This document shows positions 46,410 through 55,142 of a stretch of DNA of 64,000 bases, piece after piece. The position numbers and the translations under genes were made by a program. Position 1 is the stretch's first letter. Every line of letters begins with the position of its first letter. The stretch lies in contig JAFWBI010000003.1 in the NCBI GenBank assembly GCA_017507215.1, forward strand, positions 15,687 to 79,686. The letters are read 5' to 3'. The stretch comes from Clostridia bacterium. Lineage in GTDB: Bacteria; Bacillota; Clostridia; Christensenellales; UBA1242. The notes below the pieces were generated by a model. The model was not told the origin of the DNA. It did not search any database and saw only the letters and a program-made list of their open reading frames with translations.

Positions 46410-47099
46410 ATGTTTAAATTTTTAGCAAATTTATTCAAGAGAAAAAATTACGTTTATTATATTGCAAATGGCTCTGAAATCTTGCCTGAAAAGCTTAGTT
46501 CAATCGAAGAGTTTAACTTGGTTGAAGAAATGAAAAATGGGAGTGATGAAGCCAAAAATCAGCTTATTGAACGCAATTTAAGGCTGGTTGTTTACACTGC
46601 TCAAAAGTTTGATAACACCGGTTCGAACATTGAAGATTTAATCAGCATCGGAACGATTGGGCTAATCAAAGCAGTGTCATCATTTGATAATTCAAAAAAT
46701 ATAAAAATGGCAACATATGCGTCAAGGTGTATTGAAAATGAAATTTTGATGCACCTTAGAAAAGTGTCTAAAATCAAAAAAGAAGTTTCACTTGATGAAC
46801 CATTAAACACTGATGCTGAAGGAAATGAGCTTTGTATTTCTGATATTTTGAGTTCTGAAACAGATGAAGTTACAGTTTCAATGGATAAGCAAGATGAAAA
46901 AGACGATTTGAAACGTGTGCTTAATGACCTTAGCGAAAAAGAAAAAGAAATTGTTTGCATGAGATATGGTCTTTCAGGAAACTCTGAAATGACACAAAAA
47001 GAAGTGGCTGATTATTTTGACATTTCACAGTCATATATTTCAAGGATTGAAAAGAAAATTTTAGATAAAATGAAAGTCGAAATTTTGAAACTGGCATAA
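46410..47099 (+). CDS. sigE: Sporulation sigma factor pro-sigma-E
   Basis: Near-identity to hallmark SigE blocks: IERNLRLVVYTAQKFDNTGSNIEDLISIGTIGLIKAV, ATYASRCIENEILMHLR and ISQSYISRIEKK. I prefer the ATG at 46410 (RBS AAGGGG) to the GTG at 46404. Confidence 0.9.
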   Translation: MFKFLANLFKRKNYVYYIANGSEILPEKLSSIEEFNLVEEMKNGSDEAKNQLIERNLRLVVYTAQKFDNTGSNIEDLISIGTIGLIKAVSSFDNSKNIKMATYASRCIENEILMHLRKVSKIKKEVSLDEPLNTDAEGNELCISDILSSETDEVTVSMDKQDEKDDLKRVLNDLSEKEKEIVCMRYGLSGNSEMTQKEVADYFDISQSYISRIEKKILDKMKVEILKLA

Positions 47100-47101
47100 A
47101 G

Positions 47102-47136
47102 AAAAGCGTGGCATTTTGCTACGCTTTTGTTGTTTT
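47102..47136. terminator. Bidirectional terminator between convergent sigE and sigG
   Basis: AAAAGCGTGGCA / TGCTACGCTTTT hairpin (one G-U) flanked by A-rich and T-rich runs. Confidence 0.6.
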
Positions 47137-47158
47137 GAGATATGAAGTTTAAGGTCTT

Positions 47159-47929
47159 TTATGTGACACTAGACTTGATTTCTTTGAGAGCGTCTTTTTC
47201 AAGTCTTGAAACTTGCGCTTGGCTGATTCCTATTGTATCTGAAATTTCCATTTGGGTTTTTCCGACATAATATCTTAAAAAGAGTATTTGTTGCTCACGT
47301 TTTCCAAGAGTTGAAAGTGCTTGCTTTAAAGCAGTTTTTTCTAATATTTTATCATCAGATGAACCGTCTTGAATTTGGTCCATAATCAGCATCGTGTCGT
47401 TGTCGTCATGAAAAACCGTGTCATAAAGTGAAAGTGGTTCGCTGATTGCGTCCATAGCATCGGCAATTTGTTTTTCGGGAATGCCTGTCACTTTTGAAAT
47501 TTCTTCAATGGTGGCTTCCTTGTTTGAGTTTTTCAAAATTTCTTCTTTTGCTTGCAACGCTTTATATGCAATATCTCGAATGCTTCGGGTAACCTTCATG
47601 GCGCTTGAATCTCTTAAAAACTTTCGAATTTCGCCAATAATCATCGGAACTGCATAGGTTGAAAATTTTACGCCAACCGACATATCGAAATTATCAATCG
47701 ACTTTAAAAGTCCGATGATTCCAACCTGAAAAATGTCATCAGAATTGTTTTTGTTTGACGAAAATCTTTTAACGATTGATAAGACCAGTCGCATGTTGTA
47801 AATCACAAATTGTTCACGTGCTTCAACGTCACCAGATTTCACTTTAAGCATCAAATTATTAAGTTCATCAGTTGTGCATTTTGGAAGGGTTGATGTGTCT
47901 ATGCCACAAATTATTACTTTGTTTGCCAT
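47159..47929 (-). CDS. sigG: Forespore sigma factor SigG
   Basis: The N-terminus NKVIICGIDTSTLP is the SigG signature (B. subtilis NKVEICGVDTSKLP). Other matching blocks are FQVGIIGLLKSIDNFD, KFSTYAVPMIIGEIRKFLRD, RSIRDIAYKALQ and GISQAQVSRLEK. The RBS AAGGAG is on the minus strand. Confidence 0.9.
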   Translation of the reverse strand: MANKVIICGIDTSTLPKCTTDELNNLMLKVKSGDVEAREQFVIYNMRLVLSIVKRFSSNKNNSDDIFQVGIIGLLKSIDNFDMSVGVKFSTYAVPMIIGEIRKFLRDSSAMKVTRSIRDIAYKALQAKEEILKNSNKEATIEEISKVTGIPEKQIADAMDAISEPLSLYDTVFHDDNDTMLIMDQIQDGSSDDKILEKTALKQALSTLGKREQQILFLRYYVGKTQMEISDTIGISQAQVSRLEKDALKEIKSSVT

Positions 47930-48016
47930 ATAAGCTCCTTAAGATTAAGTTTTCTCGAAAGGGAGCTTTTTTATTCAGCATGTGTTACAAGTTTGTTTTT
48001 TGGAATATAATTAAGT

Positions 48017-48469
48017 ATGGATATTACGCTTACAGAGCTTAAAGAAAAAGAAATAATCAATGTTTTTGACGGTAAAAAACTAGGGCACATAATAGATGTT
48101 TTGTTTGATATAGAAAATGGACTGGTTCGTGGAATTGTCGTTCCTGGGGAAAGAAAAATTTTCAAAAAAAGTGAAGATATTTTCATTCCACTCGAAAAGT
48201 TAAAAAAGATTGGTGACGATGTTGTGCTTGTTAAACTTCAAGTTCAAAACGAAAGGGAATTTGGTTTTTATCAGGGTGATTATGATAAAAAGAAATCTAA
48301 AAGCACAGCGAATTATTATAAGCACTTGCAAATGGAAAATTATAAAAATAGAAATGCAGTGGGGCAAAAAGAACAAAGAAATCCTGAGCATATAATCAAA
48401 AGTCAAAGTCAGTCAAATTATAGGTCATATGTACGATTTAAACCAATAAATAATAAAAAATATAAATAA
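48017..48469 (+). CDS. YlmC/YmxH-family sporulation protein (PRC-barrel) with a ~70-aa basic C-terminal extension
   Basis: LTELKEKEIINVFDGKKLGHIIDVLFDIENGLVRGIVVPG matches the YlmC/YmxH signature. The C-terminal half is low-complexity (K/N/Q/S). Confidence 0.7.
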   Translation: MDITLTELKEKEIINVFDGKKLGHIIDVLFDIENGLVRGIVVPGERKIFKKSEDIFIPLEKLKKIGDDVVLVKLQVQNEREFGFYQGDYDKKKSKSTANYYKHLQMENYKNRNAVGQKEQRNPEHIIKSQSQSNYRSYVRFKPINNKKYK

Positions 48470-48517
48470 CTTGCAAATTGACATAAAAAATTGTATTATA
48501 CAAGTGGAGAAAGTATT

Positions 48518-49051
48518 ATGAAATGTGTATATTGTGGCTCGGAAGAAAGCAAAGTTATTGACTCAAGAGCTTGTGACGATTCCAATTCAATCAGAAGAAG
48601 GCGTGAATGTTTGGGTTGTGGAAGAAGATTCAACACTTATGAAACAATCGAAGTAACACCAATTATGGTTGTGAAAAGCAATGGCAACCGTGAACGTTTT
48701 TCGACGAGCAAGATGAAAAATGGAATCTTAAAATCTTGTGAAAAAAGACCTGTTTCAATCAGTGACATTGACAAACTTGTTTCTGATATTGAAAAGAAGG
48801 TTTACAACAGTATGGAAGAAGAAATCTCATCACAAGTTATTGGTGAGTATGTTATGGAAGGTTTGAAAAATCTTGATGAAGTTTCATATATCAGATTTGC
48901 TTCCGTTTATAAAAAGTTTAAAGACATAACAACATTCTTTGATTTTGTAAATGAATTTGAAACCATGCTTAAAGACCAAGGTTCAGGAAAACCTTCTATA
49001 GAAGAAGTTAAAAATGTCGCACTTAAAAAAGAAGGAAAAAAGAAAAAGTAG
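48518..49051 (+). CDS. nrdR: Transcriptional repressor NrdR (zinc ribbon + ATP-cone)
   Basis: Opens MKCVYCGSEESKVIDSR and contains RRRRECLGCGRRFNTYE, followed by an ATP-cone region. I prefer the ATG at 48518 (RBS GTGGAGAAAG) to the track start at 48491. Confidence 0.9.
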   Translation: MKCVYCGSEESKVIDSRACDDSNSIRRRRECLGCGRRFNTYETIEVTPIMVVKSNGNRERFSTSKMKNGILKSCEKRPVSISDIDKLVSDIEKKVYNSMEEEISSQVIGEYVMEGLKNLDEVSYIRFASVYKKFKDITTFFDFVNEFETMLKDQGSGKPSIEEVKNVALKKEGKKKK

Positions 49052-49053
49052 AA

Positions 49054-49084
49054 AAAATAACCCAATCAGGGTTATTTTTTTTTG
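49054..49084 (+). terminator. Rho-independent terminator after nrdR
   Basis: ATAACCC (49057-49063), loop AATCA, GGGTTAT (49069-49075), then T9. Confidence 0.8.
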
Positions 49085-49523
49085 TGATAAAAATATGATA
49101 TTTTATTATCTATAGAAATGTGAATATTTTAGAGCCGAGTCTGTTTATATTAAAAATAAAAAACGCAAAACATTGCAAAAATAATTAAAATATATGCTAT
49201 TTATAATAATATAATTAATAAAATTTGCGAAAATGTGAAAAATTGACAATAAAAACTTGTTTTGAATGAGATGATGTTTAAATAAGTATATTATTTACAA
49301 AATATTGTGTTATTTTAATAAAAATCTATAATTATTTCTACAAAATATTTGATTATTTGCGAATAATAATTTAATGCGTAAATATGTTAGATATAATTAA
49401 TTTGATAGTGTTTTACATAGAGTTTAGCTTATTTTAGAATTGTACTTGATATATTAATTCTTGATATTTTATTTGATTGTGTGCTAAAATTGAAGAAGAT
49501 ATTTAAGTGTCGGAGAAACGATT

Positions 49524-50390
49524 ATGCGAGTAGAAAATTTTAAAAATTCAAAACGTCAAAAGGTTTCAGATTCAATCATTGAAAAGTTTCCATCAATCAC
49601 ATATTCTAACGTGCGAAAAATGTTAAGGCAAAAAGATATTAAGATTAATGGAAAGAGAATCTCTGAAGATTTAATTATAAATTCTGATGATGAAGTTTTA
49701 TTTTATATAAATGAAATTCGTGAAATGAAAGTTGATGTTGTTTATGAAGATGAAAATATTGTCGTTGCTTTTAAACCAAGAAAAATAGAAACCGTTTCAG
49801 AAGATGGTTCATTAGATTTTGTTTCTGCAGTGTCAAACACTTGTGGTAGTAAATGCTTTGCTGTTCACAGGCTTGATAGAAACACTGAAGGTTTGGTTGT
49901 GTTTGCAAAAAATGAAAAAACAAAGCAGTCTTTAGATGCTGCGTTTAAAAATAGGACAATTCATAAATTTTATTTAGCACTCGTTTATGGAAGGCTTGAA
50001 AAACAAAGTGATAACATGGTGGCATATTTAAAGAAATATTCTGATAAATCTTTTGTTGAAATTTCTGACAATAAAAAAGCTGGTTTTGAAAAAATTCAAA
50101 CAAACTATAAATTGATAAAATCACACAATGATTTATCACTTGTTGAAATTGAGCTTGTGACTGGAAAGACTCATCAAATTCGTGCACACTTTGCTCATAT
50201 TGGTCACTTTTTGATTGGTGATGAAAAATATGGTGACTCTGCTGTGAATAAAATTTTCAAAAAGAAATATCAGTGTCTATGTGCATATAAAATAATTTTT
50301 AGTTTTGATGAAAATGATTTTCTTTCATATTTAGATGGGAAGGAAATTTCACTAGATGAAAGCAAAATAGATTTTTGTCGAAACGTGTAA
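49524..50390 (+). CDS. RluA-family pseudouridine synthase with N-terminal S4-like domain
   Basis: The catalytic motif is HRLDRNTEGLVVFAK. GKTHQIRAH is also present. Confidence 0.85.
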   Translation: MRVENFKNSKRQKVSDSIIEKFPSITYSNVRKMLRQKDIKINGKRISEDLIINSDDEVLFYINEIREMKVDVVYEDENIVVAFKPRKIETVSEDGSLDFVSAVSNTCGSKCFAVHRLDRNTEGLVVFAKNEKTKQSLDAAFKNRTIHKFYLALVYGRLEKQSDNMVAYLKKYSDKSFVEISDNKKAGFEKIQTNYKLIKSHNDLSLVEIELVTGKTHQIRAHFAHIGHFLIGDEKYGDSAVNKIFKKKYQCLCAYKIIFSFDENDFLSYLDGKEISLDESKIDFCRNV

Positions 50391-50436
50391 TAAAAAAGTA
50401 ATCTCTTTTACATACTAATTGTAAAGGAGATTTTTT

Positions 50437-51216
50437 ATGTCAGCGAGTTTAATTATTTTAACAACAATTATTCTTCTTGTCATGTTTGGAGCTGGTCAGC
50501 GAATTTTGGACAGTTTGCGATTAAATGATAAAGAAGCACTAATGATTTTGGTTTTGATTTGTATAGGAATATTGATACCTCCAATTTGGATAGGAAAGTA
50601 TTTTTGTTTTTCGATAGGTGGATTTTTAATTCCATTGGGGCTTTCAATTTATTTGCTTATTTCGTGTGGTTGGTCAAGAGATTTGCTTAGAGCATTTTTT
50701 GGAACAATTATAGTTGCTTCGCTTATATATGCGCTTGAATGGTTACTTCCGGCAGACCCAGAAGAAGTGCTCATTGATAACATGTATGTTTATGGTGTCG
50801 TTGCTGGCGTTGTTGCTTATGCTCTTGGAAGAAGCAGGAGAAACGCATTTGTTTCATGCTTGTTTGGAATAACCCTTGCACAGTTAGTTCAGTGGATTAT
50901 CAATTTTTCTAAAGATGTTCCGACTGTGCTTGGACTTGGTGTTGGTGGAGCATTTGGCGCATATATTGTTTCAATTGTGATTGCAGTTGCTGTGAGTGAG
51001 TTTCTTGGAAGGTGTTTTGAAAATGCGGCGATAAAAAAAGAAACTAAAAATTTTAATTACAAAACGCACACCTTTGATTCAGTGAAAAATGGGAAATTGA
51101 ATAAAATTGCTTATGATAAAACGAACTTAAAAAACGCAAAAAGTGTTAAAAATGAAGAAAATACTGCAACAACAAGTGAATTTTATTTAAATAATGTGAA
51201 AGGTGGTGATTTATAA
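50437..51216 (+). CDS. Integral membrane protein, unknown function (possibly DUF1614-like)
   Basis: 259 aa with about 6 hydrophobic segments and a polar C-terminal tail. It is tightly coupled (2-nt gap) to spoIIP. The family assignment is from memory and weak. Confidence 0.5.
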   Translation: MSASLIILTTIILLVMFGAGQRILDSLRLNDKEALMILVLICIGILIPPIWIGKYFCFSIGGFLIPLGLSIYLLISCGWSRDLLRAFFGTIIVASLIYALEWLLPADPEEVLIDNMYVYGVVAGVVAYALGRSRRNAFVSCLFGITLAQLVQWIINFSKDVPTVLGLGVGGAFGAYIVSIVIAVAVSEFLGRCFENAAIKKETKNFNYKTHTFDSVKNGKLNKIAYDKTNLKNAKSVKNEENTATTSEFYLNNVKGGDL

Positions 51217-51218
51217 AT

Positions 51219-52391
51219 ATGAAGAGATTATCATGTTTTCTATTTAGTTTTTTGTTTATTTTTTTAGGATTTACAACTTCAACAACCTTAAATATTGACG
51301 TTGCGCATGGTGCAGACACTGCTAAAAATTATTATACAATTTATGCTGATTCATCAAAAAGTAAAGTGCTGTTTTTGAAAGGTGGCAACATAAATGTTGG
51401 TGACAATTATCTTTCGACGGACAACAAATATTATGAAATTGAAAGTGTTGATTCAAACAATAAAACAGCAGTTGCAAAGTTTTTGAATGATGAAAAATTA
51501 CCTAAGATTAAATTGAAAAGTGAATCAAAAAATGGTGAGCAAACTGCAAGTGCAAAAGTGACAAAAAAAGTTGGCGTTTATCACACTCACAATGACGAAT
51601 GTTATTTTACTCCAGATGGTATTGATTCGGTTTATGGAAAGGGTGGCATTCATGATGTTGGAAAAAAGTTTGTTTCAAGTTTAGAAGGGCTTGGAATTAG
51701 TGTGAACTATAATGAAGATTTGCACTTGCCACACAATTCTGGGGCTTACACAAGAAGTCAAGTGTCTGCATCTGAGCTTTTAGATTCTGGCGCTCAAGCA
51801 ATTTTTGACTTGCACCGTGATTCAACAAAAAGAAGTGAGTATTTAACTAAGGTCGATGGAAAGCAAATGAGTTCTGTGAGAATGGTGGTTGGAAAGTCTA
51901 GTGCAAACTATGAAGAAAATAAAAATTTTGCTTATATGATTAAGTCGTATGCTGATGAAGTTTACCCGGGGCTTATTAAAGATATTTATTTTGGCAAGGG
52001 AAATTATAATCAGCAGTTAACAAATAGAGCCATGCTTTTTGAAATGGGCTGTGAGAATATTGAAAAAGATTTGGTTTTAAAAACAACGCCTTATCTTGCA
52101 AAAGTGGTTGATGTTGTGCTTTATGGAACTGAAGATGCAAGTGAAAGTTCGGTTGCAGACCTTTCAGAAAATTCAAACGAAGATGTTGCAGTTGCTGGGC
52201 TTGTGAATAACTCTTCAAATGGTTCAGCAAACTCAAACAAAACACTTTATGTTACACTTGGTGTTTTGGGTGTTTTGTCACTGGTTTTTGCAGGTGTTAT
52301 GATTTTTTCGAAAAGGGCAAGATATAAAGTTGCAAGATTTTTCTCAGAAACATTTGCAGGAATTTTTGGAAAGAAGAAAAAAACTAATTGA
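51219..52391 (+). CDS. spoIIP: Stage II sporulation protein P (engulfment peptidoglycan hydrolase)
   Basis: An N-terminal signal/anchor is present. VGVYHTHNDECY, YTRSQVSASELL and FDLHRDS correspond to the conserved SpoIIP amidase-like blocks (xYHTHxxExY ... DxHRD). An extra C-terminal TM is present. Confidence 0.75.
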   Translation: MKRLSCFLFSFLFIFLGFTTSTTLNIDVAHGADTAKNYYTIYADSSKSKVLFLKGGNINVGDNYLSTDNKYYEIESVDSNNKTAVAKFLNDEKLPKIKLKSESKNGEQTASAKVTKKVGVYHTHNDECYFTPDGIDSVYGKGGIHDVGKKFVSSLEGLGISVNYNEDLHLPHNSGAYTRSQVSASELLDSGAQAIFDLHRDSTKRSEYLTKVDGKQMSSVRMVVGKSSANYEENKNFAYMIKSYADEVYPGLIKDIYFGKGNYNQQLTNRAMLFEMGCENIEKDLVLKTTPYLAKVVDVVLYGTEDASESSVADLSENSNEDVAVAGLVNNSSNGSANSNKTLYVTLGVLGVLSLVFAGVMIFSKRARYKVARFFSETFAGIFGKKKKTN

Positions 52392-52417
52392 GTTGGCTTT
52401 TATGCCAACTTTTTTTG
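52391..52417 (+). terminator. Rho-independent terminator
   Basis: AGTTGGC / GCCAACT stem followed by T7. Confidence 0.75.
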
Positions 52418-52513
52418 ATTGTTTTGTGTTAAAAATTTTTAGTTTATATTTTAAATATAAAATCTTGCCAATTTCACGAGTTTCCGTTATAATGATATTT
52501 GTAGGAGAATGTT

Positions 52514-53842
52514 ATGAGAGAACCACTTGTTGCAATCGTTGGCAGACCAAACGTTGGAAAGTCAACACTCTTTAATCGTATTGTTGGAAAAAGAATTTCT
52601 ATTGTTAATGATGAGCCTGGCGTTACACGTGACAGGATTTTTGCTCGTGCAGAATGGCTTGATAATTCATTCACTTTGATTGATACCGGTGGTCTTGATT
52701 TGGAGCATGATGACGAAATAACAAAAAATATTGTTCGTCAAGCAAAACTTGCAATTGACATGGCTGATGTGATTTTGTTTGTTGTTGATGGAAAGACAGG
52801 GCTCACTGTTCAAGATGAAGATGCTCTTGATGTTCTTAGAAAATCAAATAAGAAAATAATTTTAACAGTTAATAAAATTGATAATTATGACGAAAATTTA
52901 ATGTATGAGTATTATTCTCTTGGTCTTGGTGACCCATTCTTAATTTCATCAATTCACGGAAAGGGTGTTGGTGACCTACTTGATAAAGTTGTTTCATATT
53001 TTGAAAAAGAAAGACTTTCTGGAAGTGATGATGAAACAACAAAAATTGCGATTGTTGGAAAACCAAACGCTGGAAAATCTAGTCTTATAAACAGGCTTGT
53101 TGGTGAAGATAGAGTTATCGTTTCAAATATTGCCGGAACAACTCGTGATTCAATCGATATTCCATTTAAGTATAACGGCAAAAAATATTCACTTATCGAT
53201 ACTGCTGGAATGCGTCGAAAAAGCAAGATTGAAGACGAAACCGTTGAACGTTATTCAATCATTCGTTCGCTTGATGCGATTAGAAATGCAGATATTGTTG
53301 TTTTGGTGATTGATGTTAGCGAAGAAATTTCTGACCAAGATGTTAAAATTGCAGGTCTTATTCATGAACAAAACAAACCATCTGTTATTGTGTTTAATAA
53401 GTGGGATTTAATTGAAAAAGACACAAACACAATGAATCAGTATGAAAAGAAACTTGAAACTGACCTTGCGTTTATGTCATATTTCAAATCGGTTTATTTG
53501 TCAGCACTTACAGGAAAAAGAACAGAAAAACTCATGCAAGCTGTTGAATCTGTTATTGAAAATGCAAATAGAAAAATCTCAGCAGGTGCACTCAATGATA
53601 TCTTGCAAGATGCTTACACAATTAACGCTCCAGCTTATAAGAAAGGAAAGAAACTTAAAATTTTCTATGCAACACAAACTGGTGTGAAACCACCAGTGTT
53701 TGCACTTTTTGTGAATGACACAAAGCTTATGGAAAATAATTATTTAAGATATCTTGAAAATAACATTAGAAAGGCATTTGATTTTTCAGGTGTTCCGATA
53801 CAAATTAAAATGAAATGTAAAAAAGAAGAAGATTTATTTTAG
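52514..53842 (+). CDS. der: Ribosome biogenesis GTPase Der/EngA (tandem GTPase domains + KH-like domain)
   Basis: There are two G1 motifs (GRPNVGKST and GKPNAGKSS), two DTGG/DTAG motifs, and two NKxD motifs. Confidence 0.95.
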   Translation: MREPLVAIVGRPNVGKSTLFNRIVGKRISIVNDEPGVTRDRIFARAEWLDNSFTLIDTGGLDLEHDDEITKNIVRQAKLAIDMADVILFVVDGKTGLTVQDEDALDVLRKSNKKIILTVNKIDNYDENLMYEYYSLGLGDPFLISSIHGKGVGDLLDKVVSYFEKERLSGSDDETTKIAIVGKPNAGKSSLINRLVGEDRVIVSNIAGTTRDSIDIPFKYNGKKYSLIDTAGMRRKSKIEDETVERYSIIRSLDAIRNADIVVLVIDVSEEISDQDVKIAGLIHEQNKPSVIVFNKWDLIEKDTNTMNQYEKKLETDLAFMSYFKSVYLSALTGKRTEKLMQAVESVIENANRKISAGALNDILQDAYTINAPAYKKGKKLKIFYATQTGVKPPVFALFVNDTKLMENNYLRYLENNIRKAFDFSGVPIQIKMKCKKEEDLF

Positions 53843-53851
53843 GAGAAACAT

Positions 53852-54505
53852 ATGATTTGGTGGCAAGTTTTAATTGTTGTGCTGGTTTCATATCTTTGTG
53901 GAAATATTTCGTTTGCGAGAATTATATCTAAAAATCAAAAGCAAGACATCACAAAACTTGGAAGTGGAAACCCTGGCATGACAAACGTGCTTAGAAATTT
54001 CGGTTTTAAGTTTGGGCTTTTGAATTTGATTTTGGATATGCTTAAAGCATTTTTGCCAGCGATTATCACATATTATATTTTTGATGAAAGGCTTGTAATG
54101 CTTTATATTGCTGGGCTTTCAGCGATGGCAGGGCACATTTATCCAGTGTTTTACAAGTTTAAAGGTGGAAAGGGTATATCTTCAATGATGGGAATATTCT
54201 TGGCTGCTAATCCTATTGCAACACTCATTGTTATTGCAGTTGGTGCGATTGTTTGGATTTTGTTTGAATATGGTTCAGTGGTGAGTTTTTTGTGCATCAC
54301 ATCGCTGACTGTTATTGAAGGCATTAGAGCGAAGATGAATCTTCCTGAATTTGATAGAAAAGCAATCTGCTTAATGTTGTTTGCAATTTTCATTTCAACA
54401 TGGTATGCTCATAGAAAAAATATTGAAAGATTGCTTCTTGGAAAAGAAAGCAAGGCTAGTTTAAAAAAGAAAGTAAAAAAGAAATTAAGTCAGAAGGCGA
54501 GTTAA
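53852..54505 (+). CDS. plsY: Glycerol-3-phosphate acyltransferase PlsY
   Basis: Contains GSGNPGMTNVLR and HIYPVFYKFKGGKG. The der-plsY adjacency is conserved in Firmicutes. Confidence 0.9.
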   Translation: MIWWQVLIVVLVSYLCGNISFARIISKNQKQDITKLGSGNPGMTNVLRNFGFKFGLLNLILDMLKAFLPAIITYYIFDERLVMLYIAGLSAMAGHIYPVFYKFKGGKGISSMMGIFLAANPIATLIVIAVGAIVWILFEYGSVVSFLCITSLTVIEGIRAKMNLPEFDRKAICLMLFAIFISTWYAHRKNIERLLLGKESKASLKKKVKKKLSQKAS

Positions 54506-54506
54506 T

Positions 54507-55034
54507 ATGAAAGTTTCAAAAGTTTTATTAAATATTATGTCAGTTGTGTGCTTTGTTTATGGTGCACTTTATACATTCTCATTGGTGTTTATTCCTGTCG
54601 GAATTTATTGCTTTATTGCAGGCAGAAGGTTTTCATATAAGGCAGAACATTTGGACAATACAATCTTTATGAGTAATGAAGATTTTAAAAAATATGTTAT
54701 TTTTTCAAGTATTGCATGTTTTCCATTAGGGCTTCTTTCAATCATTCCTTATGTTTTGATTGCTGGAAACAAAATAAAAATCACAAACCCTGCAGGATTG
54801 CATGTTCAATCTCATGATGAAAAATTTGATTCTGAAGTGAAGATTGAGAGTGTTGAAGAAAAATCCGAAGAAAAGTCAGATGAACCAAACAAAGTTGAAG
54901 CTCAAAAAGACGATGAACTTTCAGAAGAAGAAAAACAAGCAAAGTTTGAAAAGTTGAAAAATTTTAGAGAAAAGGGTATTATAACCGAAGAAGAACTCGA
55001 GCTTGCTCGTGAACAACTGTTTGGAAAAAAATAA
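54507..55034 (+). CDS. Membrane protein with C-terminal SHOCT-like domain
   Basis: Two or three TM segments are followed by an acidic linker. The end sequence FEKLKNFREKGIITEEELELAREQLFGK has the SHOCT pattern. Confidence 0.55.
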   Translation: MKVSKVLLNIMSVVCFVYGALYTFSLVFIPVGIYCFIAGRRFSYKAEHLDNTIFMSNEDFKKYVIFSSIACFPLGLLSIIPYVLIAGNKIKITNPAGLHVQSHDEKFDSEVKIESVEEKSEEKSDEPNKVEAQKDDELSEEEKQAKFEKLKNFREKGIITEEELELAREQLFGKK

Positions 55035-55048
55035 TAATCTAAAATTTA

Positions 55049-55074
55049 GCGACCACACTGTGGTTGCTTTTTTA
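55049..55074 (+). terminator. Rho-independent terminator
   Basis: GCGACCAC / GTGGTTGC stem (one G-U) with a 3-nt loop, followed by T6. Confidence 0.6.
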
Positions 55075-55142
55075 ATGCTTTAAAAGCATAATATTTTTGA
55101 TAATATCATATATATTTGATAGAAGCAGTATACGGAGGTTTT

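Noticed and set aside
49085-49523. A chromosomal replication origin (oriC) in the AT-rich spacer.
   Set aside because: There are only imperfect single DnaA-box-like nonamers and no cluster of consensus TTATCCACA boxes. No dnaA or dnaN gene is nearby.
55081-55142. A sigma-E-type promoter upstream of spoIVA (TCATATA ... AGTATAC).
   Set aside because: The resemblance to the sigma-E consensus (ATA-type -35, CATACA-T -10) is loose and the spacing is ambiguous. It is not reported as a feature.
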